64,000 nt of DNA from Macrostomum lignano (lineage: Eukaryota): positions 1-64,000 of the forward strand of contig NIVC01002450.1 of assembly GCA_002269645.1 (NCBI GenBank). Reading direction: 5' to 3'. Shown here one piece after another: positions 1-14,200 of the stretch. The notes beneath the pieces are model-generated. The model saw nothing but the letters and a program-made list of their open reading frames with translations, ran no database searches and was not told the origin of the DNA. Both the position numbers and the translations under genes were made by a program. Position 1 is the first letter of the stretch; each line of letters starts with the position of its first letter.

Positions 1-628
1 AGGATAGCAGCTTGTGTCACAGTGTCAGCAGCACTGTACTGATATAGGATAGCAGCTTGTGTCACAGTGTCAGGCAGCACTGTACTGATATAGGATAGCA
101 GCTTGTGTCACAGTGTCAGCAGCACTGTACTGATATAGGATATCAGCTTGTGTCACACAGTGTCAGCAGCACTGTACTGATATAGGATAGCAGCTTGGTC
201 ACAGTGTCAGCAGCACTGTACTGATATAGGATAGCAGCTTGTGTCACAGTGTCAGCAGCACTGTACTGATATAGGATAGCAGCTTGTGTCACAGTGTCAG
301 CAGCACTGTACTGATAGGATAGCAGCTTGTGTCACAGTGTCAGCAGCACTGTACTGATATAGGATATCAGCTTGTGTCACACAGTGTCAGCAGCACTGTA
401 CTGATATAGGATAGCAGCTTGTGTCACAGTGTCAGCAGCACTGTACTGATATAGGATAGCAGCTTGTGTCACAGTGTCAGCAGCACTGTACTGATATAGG
501 ATAGCAGCTTGTGTCACAGTGTCAGCAGCACTGTACTGATATAGGATAGCAGCTTGTGTCACAGTGTCAGCAGCACTGTACTGATATAGGATATCAGCTT
601 GTGTCACACAGTGTCAGCAGCACCTTAC
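1..628. repeat. 45-bp minisatellite, about 14 copies (runs off the window start)
   Basis: AGGATAGCAGCTTGTGTCACAGTGTCAGCAGCACTGTACTGATAT. Confidence 0.95.
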
Positions 629-634
629 TGACAG

Positions 635-738
635 GTGGTCTATATCTATTTATAGAAACACCAGTACTTGAAACCGTGTTTCCCAACTTTTTCACGTTTG
701 ACAGCTTTCAGAGCCTGATGGACAAAATCCATAGCTAG
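635..738 (+). CDS. Possible terminal exon of an upstream gene outside the window
   Basis: TTACTGACAG| acceptor directly after the first array, then an open frame GLYLFIETPVLETVFPNFFTFDSFQSLMDKIHS*; no recognisable domain. Confidence 0.2.
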
Positions 739-1664
739 ATTCTTTCGGATATTAATCTTTCAAATTTCTTTCTTTCTCGTGTCGCATCTTGATTATTCTC
801 ATCCGCCTTGGTCTATGGACCTGATTGAGTTGGCTCTGGATTAAAAAAATATCTGATAACCTTATCTCATTCGGTCAACACGCAAGGTAAATAGCTTATT
901 TCATGTAGTGCACTGGATGTTGTCTTGAAAAGCTGATGCATTGCTGCTGCTGTTGTGTGTATTTTTTTCTAGAGTCTTGCTGTTGTCTTTTCATTTCCTG
1001 GCACGAGAATAAATGATTTTAAAAGCGAACTATGAGAACACCAAGTACTACATTTTATTAATACTAGAGAGTAGGTTAGTACTTTTGCTGGCGCATGCCC
1101 CCTCGATATTGTATAGGAGTTCTCTTTTTGCTTCCTAAACGTGCCGCACTGGCCAAGGGTAGAAGGGGTGGTGTAAACACCGCCTCAAATCGCACCCCAC
1201 CCCAACCCACCCTGAGCACGGTCTAACTGCGTGACATTTCCTTATTTTTTTTTCTTTCTAACTATAGCTATATCTTATGATCATTCGCTGACTGAGTGAT
1301 CAGCTGACTTTGAAAGTCTTTTTCTTTCTGTCTATAATACGCCGAGTTTTTCAGGCCGTTTCCTGTTTCTATTGGTAATAAGAGTATAAGCATTTTAACA
1401 CACGATGGATACATGAACGTTCGTAAGTATTTTTGAGATATGATTTTTTTCATTTTTGATTGATCAAGAGTCAGTTGGAAGAGACATCGGTACTAGAGAG
1501 CCAGAGATTCAGACAGAGTTTTTAGAGTTAGATATGTGGGCATATATGGTGTGAAATAGATATTAATATATGATGATTCGAATATAATAAAGCAGTGATA
1601 GAGTTAGAGATACAGATAGAAACAGGCCATTGTGACAGATTGAGACAGAGATAGAGATGCAGAA

Positions 1665-3185
1665 AGTCAGACACAGACAGATAGAGAAGTCACAGACAGA
1701 TAGAGAAGTCACAGACAGATAGAGAAGTCACAGACAGATAGAGAAGACACAGACAGATAGAGAAGTCACAGACAGATAGAGAAGACACAGACAGATAGAG
1801 AAGACACAGACAGATAGAGAAGACACAGACAGATAGAGAAGACACAGACAGATAGAGAAGACAGACATATAGAGTCGACAGACAGATAGAGAAGACACAG
1901 ACAGATAGAGAAGACACAGACAGATAGAGAAGACACAGACAGACAGAGAAGACACAGACAGACAGAGAAGACACAGACAGATAGAGAGGACACAGACAGA
2001 TAGAGAAGACAGACATATAGAGTCGACAGACAGATAGAGAAGACACAGACAGAGAAGACACAGACAGATAGAGAAGACACAGACAGATAGAGTCGACAGA
2101 CAGATAGAGAAGACACAGACAGATAGAGAAGACAGACAGATAGAGAAGACACAGACAGATAGAGAAGACACAGACAGATAGAGAAGACAGACAGATAGAG
2201 AAGACACAGACAGATAGAGAAGACACAGACAGATAGAGAAGACACAGACAGATAGAGAAGACAGACATATAGAGTCGACAGACAGATAGAGAAGACACAG
2301 ACAGATAGAGAAGACACAGACAGATAGAGAAGACACAGACAGACAGAGAAGACACAGACAGACAGAGAAGACACAGACAGATAGAGAGGACACAGACAGA
2401 TAGAGAAGACAGACATATAGAGTCGACAGACAGATAGAGAAGACACAGACAGAGAAGACACAGACAGATAGAGAAGACACAGACAGATAGAGTCGACAGA
2501 CAGATAGAGAAGACACAGACAGATAGAGAAGACAGACAGATAGAGAAGACACAGACAGATAGAGAAGACACAGACAGATAGAGAAGACAGACAGATAGAG
2601 AAGACACAGACAGATAGAGAAGACACAGACAGATAGAGTCGACAGACAGATAGAGAAGACACAGACAGATAGAGAAGATACAGACAGATAGAGAAGACAC
2701 AGGCAGATAGAGAAGACACAGACAGATAGAGTCGACAGACAGATAGAGAAGACACAGACAGATAGAGAGGACACAGACAGATAGAGAAGACAGACATATA
2801 GAGAAAACACAGACAGATAGAGAGGACACAGACAGATAGAGAAGACAGACATATAGAGAAAACACAGACAGATAGAGAAAACACAGACAGATAGAATCGA
2901 CAGACAGACAGAGAAGACACAGACAGATAGAGAAGACACAGACAGATAGAGAAGACACAGACAGATAGAGTCGACAGACAGATAGAGAAGACACAGGCAG
3001 ACAGAGAAGACACAGGCAGACAGAGAAGACACAGACAGACAGAGAAGACACAGACAGACAGAGAAGACACAGGCAGACAGAGAAGACACAGACAGACAGA
3101 GAAGACACAGGCAGACAGAGGAGACACAGGCAGACAGAAGACACAGGCAGAAATAGAGAATAAACAGAGACAGAGACAGACACAG
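1665..3185. repeat. Compound AGAC/AGAT satellite, ~19-bp core
   Basis: AGACAGATAGAGAAGACAC with variants. Confidence 0.95.
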
Positions 3186-3997
3186 ATGAAGACACGTTAA
3201 GCGATCATAATTTTGAGTAATAATAATTTATTAAGAAGATTAAGAGGCAGCTCAGTGAGCTGAGAGGGCCAGGTCAGAATTGGCAGGCATAAGCTACTCA
3301 GTCCCTAACCGCAGTTAATGGCCACTGATGGAGAGAGCCAAGAAGTGTAGATTTTGACAGGCCATGAGCCTCTGTCGGTCTGCTTTCGCGACGACAGCCC
3401 AGATCTATTAATGGTGACCGAGCAGCGCAGCTATAATTGCTCTGCTCTTTCCCCCATACCAGGGACCGTCTCCCATGGCTTGGCTCTCCCGTTTTCCAAT
3501 TTCTGCTGAATCATTCTCGCTCTGTCTGCCTGACCCTGCCAACTCCAGCCCCCCTGCTGGCTCTTGAATGCGCCGTTTTCTCTTCCCCACTTTAGCTGAA
3601 CTCGCGCCCCGCAGCTGTCTCGCTGTGAGCACCGTGCCAGTGACCTGCCCGTACACCCAGTACCTTACTCAAACCCCCCTCTATCAGGCTTGGATTGGCC
3701 TTGAATGTTAATCACCATTTTTATTCATATTTTCTATCTATTAGCTCTAATTGTTCGTTCGTGTGTTGACCCATTGTTAGAGAACCTTTGCTAGTATAAT
3801 AGTAACACGTTGTGTATTTTTGTGTGAATAGAAATTTATGCTACTAATAGTAGGTTAGTTAGTAGCAATATTAAAAATGTATTTTTTAACAGAAGTTTAT
3901 TAAAACTTTTAGTATAAGTTGGTAAAATATTAGCAGAATAGAATAAAGTGAGAAGACAGGAGAGTGCGTCCGATTATAATAATATCGAATATTTAAG

Positions 3998-4224
3998 TAG
4001 AGCATCACAGAGTGCTTGACTAGAGCAGCATAGAGTGCTTGACTAGAGCAGCATAGAGTGCTTGACTAGAGCAGCATAGAGTGCTTGACTAGAGCAGCAT
4101 AGAGTGCTTGACTAGAGCAGCATAGAGTGCTTGACTAGAGCAGCATAGAGTGCTTGACTAGAGCAGCATAGAGTGCTTGACTAGAGCAGCATAGAGTGCT
4201 TGACTAGAGCAGCATAGAGTGCTG
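3998..4224. repeat. 23-bp minisatellite, about 10 copies
   Basis: AGAGCAGCATAGAGTGCTTGACT. Confidence 0.95.
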
Positions 4225-4904
4225 TATGATTTAGCAGCATGACCTGATTTAGCCCTGAAGTGAAGTTTGAGCTGACACAAATGAAGTAAAATTAAGCATT
4301 CAGCAACAGTTTTACATTAATTTTTGCCGCACATATTTATTTCAGTTTTCAAAGGCTGATCAGATTGATTCGCGAAAAATTAAAGCGAGCAGACTGACCC
4401 AACTTTTGTCCCACTCTGTTTAAAGGTAGAACTCACCCTCATTAGCTCGAGGTTTCGTTGCGTTACGCTTTTTTAAGTTTTAAGCCCATTGCCATTAGTT
4501 TTAAAGTAGCAATCTAGAAAAAGTTAAAAATGTTTTTTTGTCTACTCGTGAGTAGTTTTTACGCGTATTTTAACCCACTGAAAGCTACTAGCTATGTTAA
4601 TGTTTTTAAAATGCAATATGGTGATAGTAAATTATTTATTTAAAAAATCAGCCTCCCTTTCAACTTAGTATAAAATGCTTCAATGTTATTAAATCCGCAG
4701 CTTCCGGAGAAAGTTTTCTTTAGTCGGCAACGGGCAGCGACTGCGGCGCGGCGGCAACGGCGGCGGTCAAAGCGGAAAAATAGTTTAAAAAGTGATTATC
4801 GAGTATTGATTGTTGTTTGATAATTAATCAACTGACCTTTTTTGTCATTTAAATACTCTGGTAATTTCTAGCGCCCTGATCACAACACACCCCAATGAGT
4901 AGCG

Positions 4905-5400
4905 CTTAGGGATGCCCAACAAGTATAACAAACACTTTGGGATTCCTCTATACACAAAAAGTACCGCCTTGGGGATTCCCCTTCAAATAACTACCGCTTG
5001 GGATTTCCCCGTATAAAAGCTGCTGGTTAAGGATTCCCCTTCCGAATAACTACCGCTTTGGGATTCCCCCGTATAAAAGCTACTGCTTAAGGATTCCCCT
5101 TCCGAATAACTACCGCTTTGGGATTCCCCTGTAATAATAACTGCCGCTTTGGAAATGGGAGCCCCCGTACCAATAAGTACCGCTTTTGGGAATTCCCCAG
5201 TATCATTAAATGCCGCTTTAGGGGATTCCCAACCCGGTACCAAAAACTTATTGCTGCTTTGGTATTCCCCCGTACTAATTACTGCCGCTTTGGGAATTAT
5301 CCAGTACCATTTAATGCCACTATGGGAATTCCCCAGTACCAAAACAACCGTTGTTTTGGGAACTTACCCGTATCAATAACTGTCGCTTTGGGGATTCTCC
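4905..5400. repeat. Degenerate ~39-bp minisatellite
   Basis: Recurring TACCGCTTTGGGATTCCCC core. Confidence 0.8.
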
Positions 5401-7307
5401 AGTATCAGAAGGAATTCCTCTTCCCATTATCGGTATTCCGCGTCGCAACTGCCGCTAAGTTAATGCGAGTGCTAATTATTTGGAGCTTAGCTATAAGCTT
5501 TACTCATGTTTAGCTCCAGTTCAAATTGTTAATCTGTCGGTCTGCTACTGCCCGTCTAATATTTATTATTATTCAGTGTATAATTATCAATTGCGGTTGC
5601 TATTAGTTCAGTCAACAAAGTTGATTGGGTGGATAACTTTAAATTTACGATATTATTCATAATTGTGTTGTTATCTGTCAGCTATTTGATTATTACTTCG
5701 TGAATTATTTATAACCATTTGACACAATCGGCGCTTAAAATTTTTGCATTCTGAGAAATTATTTTTTTCAGCATAATACGCTAGTAATAGTATAACATGC
5801 TAACGATACTACTGACCATATTCCAGTGCGGCGCCTGTGATTTGATTGCGGACTCGTTAAAAATGTATTAAATTTTCTTTAAAAAAACTTGTGCGTTTGA
5901 GCAATCGATATTGGAAACTGAATGGAACGTCATCAAGTTTTTGATAATCTTATTTCCTAAAAATCTCACTGTATAAATTTATTATTGATTGCAATTTTCT
6001 CCTTGTATTTATTTTTCTCTATTTTTTCTGTCGAGTTTTTATTCGCTGTTTTTGTTAAAAAATTACTTAAGACAATACAATGCATATTTTTTGTTCAGTG
6101 TGCAACGAAGTACAAAAGGCAATGTTTTTCTTTAATTTTCGATTCTCTTTTATATCTTTTGTTTATTTGTTTATATAGATTTCTTCTAAGCACTCAATAA
6201 CCTTCTTCTTTGAAGTTTCACAAGTTCTACATTAATTTATAACTTATTGTCCTGGTGAGTTTCATTGAGTACCTTAAGCTTTTTAAATTGTGATTTTGTT
6301 ATTAGGGCTTTTTTGTCAGCTTTGTTTTTCCGTTCAAAAAAGTTTTTGTATTTTTAATAATATTCACGGATAATTCCGTAAATACCTGTGAATTCTGCGC
6401 TGAATAGGCTAATGGGAATTAGTTGAAGGTTGGTCTAATAGATTTTGTACTTTAAATAGTTATGTACTTTTCATTACGGTGTACTTTAGCATATGGTGTA
6501 CTTTAGCATATGGTGTACTTTTAAATGAAGGTGTGCATTACTCGTATAGATTAAGGTGCACTTTTAGTTTAGTCACCTATAGGTCAACGTTTATGTACAA
6601 TACTTATACATTGAGACGTAATTTTAGATTTTGATGTACTTTTAGATATAAATGATTGTGTAATTTTTGAACTGCTGTGTTTGATAACATCAGTTATTAT
6701 TACATATACATTACTTTTACTCGTACATACAAATACTTATCTATCTATATGTATAGTTACACATACCGGTAATATCAGTAGGAAATCTAATTTGTGTACT
6801 ATAGTTTAAGGTTGCATTGTACTTTTGGCTGATGGTGTACTATTAGATATTTGTTGTAGGTGGTGTGAACAGTAAACTGGCTGTACTATTTATTTTGCTA
6901 TGCTATTATTAATTGACCTGTTTACTGCTACTGCATTCGATATTATGAAATATTTTAGCTTAACAGTTACCTTTCTTATATGTTTCTCGTTTGTTATTTA
7001 CAGTGTAGCAGCGCCTGAAAAGTAACCATTTTTTAATTATTAAGCTTTTGTTTTACTGTCATTAAATATTTATTGCTTATCTGCTTCGCTGATATAGCAT
7101 TAATCAAGCCCAGTGCATTGCAATAGACAAACTGCTATATATACTACTGTTAATATTAATTATCTATTGTTATTAAAGCTAAAATTGTTATTGTTTGAGG
7201 TCATTATTTTCACACAAGTGTTTTTTGTTCTTACTTATTTTTATTAATGATTAGCCCAATTAGGCTTATGCATTGGTGCCGTTTCTAAGAAAAAATCTAT
7301 TTATTCC

Positions 7308-7765
7308 TAGAACACCCTACTGTAACACCCTATCTAGAACACCCTACTGTAACACCCTGTATAGAGCACCCTACTGTAATACCCTGTATAGAAAACCTTG
7401 CTACAGCACCCTAAATAGAACATCTTACTGTAACACCCTGTATAGAACACCTTATTACTGCAACACCCTGTCTAGAACAACCTACTGTAACACCCTATCT
7501 AGAATATCCTACTGTAACACCCTGTATAGAACACCCTACTGTAACACCCTGTATAGAACACCCTACTGCAACACCCTGTATAGAACACCCTACTGTAACA
7601 CCCTGTATAGAACACCCTACTGTAACACCCTGTATAGAACACCCTACTGTAACACCCTGTATAGAACACCCTACTGTAACACCCTGTATAGAACACCCTA
7701 CTGTAACACCCTGTATAGAACACCCTACTGCAGCACCATGTATAGAACACCCTACTGTAACACCC
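7308..7765. repeat. 27-bp minisatellite, about 17 copies
   Basis: AGAACACCCTACTGTAACACCCTGTAT. Confidence 0.95.
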
Positions 7766-7837
7766 AGTTAGTACAAGAGTTCCATTTTAACTAATTGACT
7801 GCATGCCTAGCCGGGCGGGTGTGCACGGTAGCTCATC

Positions 7838-8236
7838 ATGCTGATCAGCCTACTCACTCGCGGTCTGCCGCTGACTGGCACCAAACAGTTAGTCACAGTT
7901 GGCGTCGGCGCCATCAGTCGGCGCGGTCTCAGCGGCGGCGTCGCGCGTCGTCTAGTGCTGCCGAATAAAGCTCGCCTAGTGCTTGAGGACGGCACCGAGT
8001 TTAGCGGCTATTCGTTCGGCGCCGACCGCTCCTCGTCTGGCGAAGTCGTGTTCAACACCGGCCTGACCGGCTACCCGGAGTCTCTCACTGATCCCAGCTA
8101 CCGCGGCCAGATCCTGGTGCTCACTTATCCCATTGTGGGAAATTACGGAGTGCCCGACACGCAAGCGGTTGACGAAAACGGGCTGCGATTGAATGTCGAA
8201 TCCGATGCCGTTCACGTGACTGGCCTGATTGTGCAG
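7838..8236 (+). CDS. CPS1: CPS exon 1 (mitochondrial presequence + small-subunit N-domain)
   Basis: [34 protein letters not shown]; donor CAG|GTGCGG, phase 0. Confidence 0.92.
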
Positions 8237-11200
8237 GTGCGGAATCCGGGTGGCTCATGGATGCCTGATTTTTGTGCCCCTGTGTCTTATTGAGTGTCTC
8301 ATGGGTGTCTCATGGGTGTCTTAGTGAGTGTCCCATGGATGTCTTAGTGAGTGTCTCATTGGTGTCTTAGTGAGTGTCTCATGAGTGTCTTAGCGAGTGT
8401 CTCATGAGTGTCTTATTGAGTATCTCATGAGTGTCTTAGTGAGTTTCTCATGAGTGTCTTAGCGAGTGTCTCATGAGTGTCTTATTGAGTATCTCATGAG
8501 TGTCTTAGTGAGTTTCTCATGAGTGTCTTATTGAGTGTCTCATGGGTGTCTTAGTGAGTGTCTCATGGGTGTCTTTTTGAGTGTCTCATAGGTGTCTTAT
8601 TGGGTGTCTCATGGGTGTCTTATTAGGTGTCTCATGGGTGTCTTATTGAATATCTCATGAGTTTCTTATTTAGGGTCTCATGGGTGTCTTTTTGAGTGTC
8701 TCATTGGTGTCTTATTGAGTGTCTCATGGGTGTCTTATTGAGTGTCTCATGGGTGTCTTAGTGAGTGTCTCATGGGTGTCTTTTTGAGTGTCTCATAGGT
8801 GTCTTATTGGGTGTCTCATGGGTGTCCTATTGAATATCTCATGGGTTTCTTATTTAGGGTCTCATGGGTGTCTAGTGGGTGTCTCATTGAGTTTCTCATT
8901 GAGCGTCTCATCGAGTATCTCATTGAGTGTCTCATCGAGTGTCTCATGAGTGTGTCAAGTGTATGAATGTATGCAACAAACTCAGCCCCATGGATTTTCT
9001 CTCAGGACTACTCCGTGGATCACAGCCATTGGAAGTCGGCCCACTCGCTGTCCCATTGGCTGAAGCGCGAAGGCGTCCCGGCCTTGTCGGGCATCGACAC
9101 CCGACTGCTGACTAAGCGGATTCGCGATCGCGGCACCCTGCTGGGCAAGATTGAATTCTCTGACCAGCCTCTGGCCGAGTTTGACAATCCCAATTTGAGG
9201 AATCTCACTGCCGAGGTGTGACTTCTTTGTGCTTTTTTAATTAGTTTGACGATTTCTAAGGGTATTTTAAGTAGGCTACTACGACTATATTAGCTGAATG
9301 TGTAAACTTGAACCTGTAAAACCTGTTAATTTGAATCCAACAAAAGGAAACGAAAGAAAAGAAAAAAGAAGATATTTTCTACTCCAAGGCTTAGGCTGGA
9401 TTCCTAGGTTGTTATATCGCAAGCAGGGGTGTACGGAGACCCTGCTCGCATTGAAGGGTATTGTAGGTCATTCGTAGGCGTGAATCTTTAATCGACAACA
9501 ATCGTAGCATCCGTAATTCTCAATAGAGTACGAGTTCTATGAGCATGCGCCTTCGCCCTCGCCTTCCAAGGTGTCCACCAAAGAGGTGCGCGTATTCGGC
9601 AAGGGCAATCCGCACAAGATAGTGGCCGTGGACTGCGGAGTGAAGCACAACATGATTAAAATGCTGTGCGCCAGAGGTGCCGAAGTCCACCTGGTACCCT
9701 GGGACTACGACTTCACCGAGGAGCCGTACGACGGACTGTTCATCACTAACGGGCCCGGCGATCCGGCCCTGATTAAAACTACCATCGATAATATTCGCAA
9801 GGTGCGCTTGTATCTGACTGTGGCTTTCAACTAAATAATTATTGTCATGTTATGGCTTAGAGGAAGCAATTAAATATTTGTGATTAAACTATTGGCTAAC
9901 TTAGTCACCAAATTAGTGTTTACATCAGTGACCAACTTAGTGTCCAAATCAGTGACCAATTTATTGACCAGATCAGTGACCAATTTAGTGAACAAATCAG
10001 TGACCAATTTAGTGTCCAAATCAGTGACCAATTTAGTGTCCAAATCAGTGACCAATTTATTGGCCAGATCAGTGACCAATTTAGTGAACAAATCAGTGAC
10101 CAATTTCGTGTCCAAATTAGTGACTTACTTCGTGTCCAAATCAGTGACTTACTTCGTGTCCAAATCAGTGACTTACTTCGTGTCCAAATCAGTGACTTAC
10201 TTCGTGTCCAAATCAGTGACTTACTTCGTGTCCAAATCAGTGACCAACTTCGTGCCCAAATCAGTGACCAACTTTGTGTCAAAATCAGTGACCAATTTAG
10301 TGTCCAAACCAGTGACTAATTTAGTGTCCAAATCAGTGACAAACTTCGTGTCCAAATCAGTGACCAATTTAGTGTCCAAATCAGTGACCAATACAGTGTC
10401 CAAATCAGTGACCAATATAGTGTCCAAATCAGTGACCAACTTCGTGTCCAAATCAGTGACCAATACAGTGTCCAAATCAGTGACCAATACAGTGTCCAAA
10501 TCAGTGACCAATACAATGTCCAAATCAGTGAATAACTTTTTTGTGTCCAAATCAGTGACTACAAGTATTTCGTGTCCGAATCAGTGACCAGAAGTATTTC
10601 GTGCCCGAATCAGTGACCAACTTCGTGTCTAAATCAGTGACCAACTTCGTGTCCAAATCAGTGACCAATTTGGTGTCCAAATCAGTGACCAATTTAGTGT
10701 CCAAATCAGTGACCAATTTAGTGTCCAAATCAGTGACCAACTTCGTGTCCAAATCAGTGACCAATACAGTGTCCAAATCAGTGACCAACTTCGTGTCCAA
10801 ATCAGTGACTAATTTGGTGTCCAAATCAGTGACCAATTTAGTGTCCGAATCAGTGACCAATTTAGTGTCCAAATCAGTGACCAATTTAGTGTCCAAATCA
10901 GTGACCAACTTCGTGTCCAAATCAGTGACCAATTTAGTGTCCAAATCAGTGACCAACTTCGTGTCCAAATCAGTGACTAACTTTTTTGTGTCCAAATCAG
11001 TGACTACAAGTATTTCGTGTCCGAATCAGTGACCAGAAGTATTTCGTGTCCGAATCAGTGACCAATTTAGTGTCCAAATCAGTGACCAACTTCGTGTCCA
11101 AATCAGTGACCAATTTGGTGTCCAAATCAGTGACCAATTTAGTGTCCAAATCAGTGACCAATTTAGTGTCCAAATCAGTGACCAACTTCGTGTCCAAATC

Positions 11201-14200
11201 AGTGACCAATACAGTGTCCAAATCAGTGACCAACTTCGTGTCCAAATCAGTGACTAATTTGGTGTCCAAATCAGTGACTAATTTGGTGTCCAAATCAGTG
11301 ACCAATTTAGTGTCTAAATCAGTGACCAATTTTGTGTTCAAATCAGTGACCAATTTAGTGTCCGAATCAGTGACCAATTTAGTGTCCAAATCAGTGACCA
11401 ATTTAGTGTCCAAATCAGTGACCAACTTCGTGTCCAAATCAGTGACTAACTTTTTTGTGTCCAAATCAGTGACTACAAGTATTTCGTGTCCGAATCAGTG
11501 ACCAGAAGTATTTCGTGTCCGAATCAGTGACCAATTTAGTATCCAAATCAGTGACTATTTAGTAAAAAAATCAGTGACTTTTTAGTGTCCAAATTTGGTA
11601 TCCCAATCAGTGACCAATGTCGTGTCTAAATTAGTGACCAATTTAGTTTCAAAACTAAATACATCATGGAATAAAGTTACTGACCAATTTGGTAACCGAG
11701 TCACTCATACTAAATGTAGGCCAGTTGAGTATCCTAACTAACCCTGCAACCGCTGATGCCAGGTGATCAACACCCGCAACGAGCCCGCGTTCGGCATCTG
11801 CTGCGGCAACCAACTCGTTGGCCTGGCTGCCGGCTGCACCAGCTACAAAATGCCCCTTGGCAACCGCGGTCACAACCAATCCGTGCTCAATTTAGTTACT
11901 AAGCAAGCCTTTATCACGTCGCAGAATCACGGATTCGCCATTAACACTGACAACCTGCCATTTGGCTGGCGGCCGCTGTTTATTAACGCCAATGACGGAT
12001 CCAACGAAGGCCTGATGTGCACGGAGAAGCCGATTTTCACCGCCCAGTTCCATCCGGAGGCCTGCGGCGGCCCAACCGATACGCAATTTCTATTCGACGC
12101 TTTCATTGAAATGGTGAAGACTAAATCGGCCACGGTGATCATGCCGGAGCCTCGTCTGATGGACGCACGCCGAGTGCCAGTTGCCAAGGTGCTGGTGCTG
12201 GGCTCCGGCGGCCTGTCCATTGGTCAGGCTGGCGAATTCGACTATTCGGGCTCGCAGGCGATTAAAGCGCTTAAAGAGGAGGGCGTGAAAACTGTGCTGA
12301 TGAATCCCAATATTGCCAGCGTGCAGACTAATGCGGAGGGAGAGAAGCAGGCCGATATGGTGTACTTCCTGCCCGTTACTGCCGAGTTCGTTACCAAGGT
12401 AATTAGGGGAACTGAGTGCTTGGAATGGCTAGATTCCTGAGGGGCTGTAGCCTAGTGGTTAGTGCGTTGGACTCACGACTGAAAGGTCGGGGGTTCGATT
12501 CTCGACCCACTCAGAACAATTTACGTCCTTGAGCAAGACACCCAACTCTGCATTGCTTCAGTTCACCAAACTGTAAAATGGGTGCCAGCATTAGCTGGGG
12601 TAATTGAGGCTGTGTGTGGCGACCCCCCAGTCCTTGGACTGAACAGCCGTACGCAGCCTTCAGATGCGCCGCGCAATAGCTGCGGCTGAGCTGTCGGTTG
12701 CACATCTGGCCATTAGGCATGTGTAATCAATTATTATTATTATTAACGAGTGCCCAGATTCTTAACTTGGGAGTGCTCAGATTCTTAACTTGGGAGTGCT
12801 CAGATTTTTTATCTGGGAGTGCCAGAGTCTTACCTTGGGAGTGCCAAGATTCTTGACTTGAGAGTGCCAAGATTCTTTATTTGGGAGTGCTCAGATTCTT
12901 AACTTGGGAGTGCTAAGATTTTTAATCTCTGAGTGCCAAGATTCTTAACTTTGAAGTGCTCAAATTCTTAACTTGGGAGTGCTCAGATTTTTTATCTCGG
13001 AGTGCCAAGATTCTTAACTTGGGAGTGCTCAGATTTTTAATCTAGGAGTGCCAAGATTCTTAACGTAGACGTGCTCAGATTGCTAAATTGGGAGTGCCCA
13101 GCTTCTTAGAATTAGAGTGCTCAGTTTTCAAAACAACTAGCAAGCGGTAAACTGCAGGGCACCCACTATGCACCCATTCATCTCCGCAGGTGATTGAACG
13201 CGAAAAACCCGACGGCATACTGCTGTCAATGGGCGGCCAAACTGCTCTAAACGTTGGCATCGAGCTGCACGAATCGGGAATCCTTGAGCAGCACAATGTC
13301 CGCGTACTCGGCACCCAGATTCACGACATCAAGCTGACGGAAGATCGGGAGACATTCGCCGAAGAGCTGATGCGAATTAATGAGAAACTCGCACCCAGCG
13401 TGGCCGTCACTCGAGTCTCCGAGGCTATCAAAGCGGCTCACGACATCGGCTACCCCGTGATGGTGCGCGCCGCTTTTGCCCTCGGCGGTCTGGGCTCCGG
13501 ATTGGCTAAAGACGAGGCCAGCCTGGTGGACATCTGTCGCAAAGCCTTTGCCATCACCAATCAGGTGCGCTAGAGATTAATCTAACGACTTGCAGTTAGG
13601 GATGACGTCATACATAACAATCAAATCTTAACGACCATTCGCCCTAGTAACCGCATTTCTTGACTAAACCCAATTATAAACCACAACTTCAAGCAACCAT
13701 AGTCCTAGAAACTACTTCCCTAGCAACCATACCCTCAAGCGATAGCATCCCCTAGCAACCATGTCAACAGGAATGCTAGGGGTCACAGGGTTGCTAGAGG
13801 TCACAAGGTTGCTAGGGTTCACAGGGTTGCTAGGGGTCACAAGGGTGCCAGGGGTGCTAGGGGTCACAGGGGTGCTAGGGGTCACAGGGGTGCTAGGGGT
13901 GACAGGGATGCTAGGGGTCACAGGGGTGCTAGGAGTTACAGGGGTCACAAGGTTGCTAGGGGTGACAGGGGTGCTAGGGGTGACAGGGGTGCTAGGGGTG
14001 ACAGGGATGCTAGGGGTCACAGGGGTGCTAGGAGTTACAGGGGTCACAAGGTTGCTAGGGGTGACAGGGGTGCTAGGGGTGACAGGGGTGCTAGGGGTGA
14101 CAGGGGTGCTAGGGGTCACAGGGATGCCTGGGGTCAATAGGGATTCCAGGGATCATACTGATGCGAGGGTCAAAATTATGCCTGCCCTAGCAACCACCCA

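Noticed and set aside
1690-3195. 450-500 aa Cys/Leu/Ser-rich ORFs
   Set aside because: Read-through of a stop-poor AGAC/AGAT satellite in all three minus frames; no splice or domain evidence.
12441-12515. tRNA gene (and at 42147)
   Set aside because: The acceptor and anticodon stems are imperfect, and the head continues into a shared body and (TTA)n tail in both copies, so it is a SINE head.
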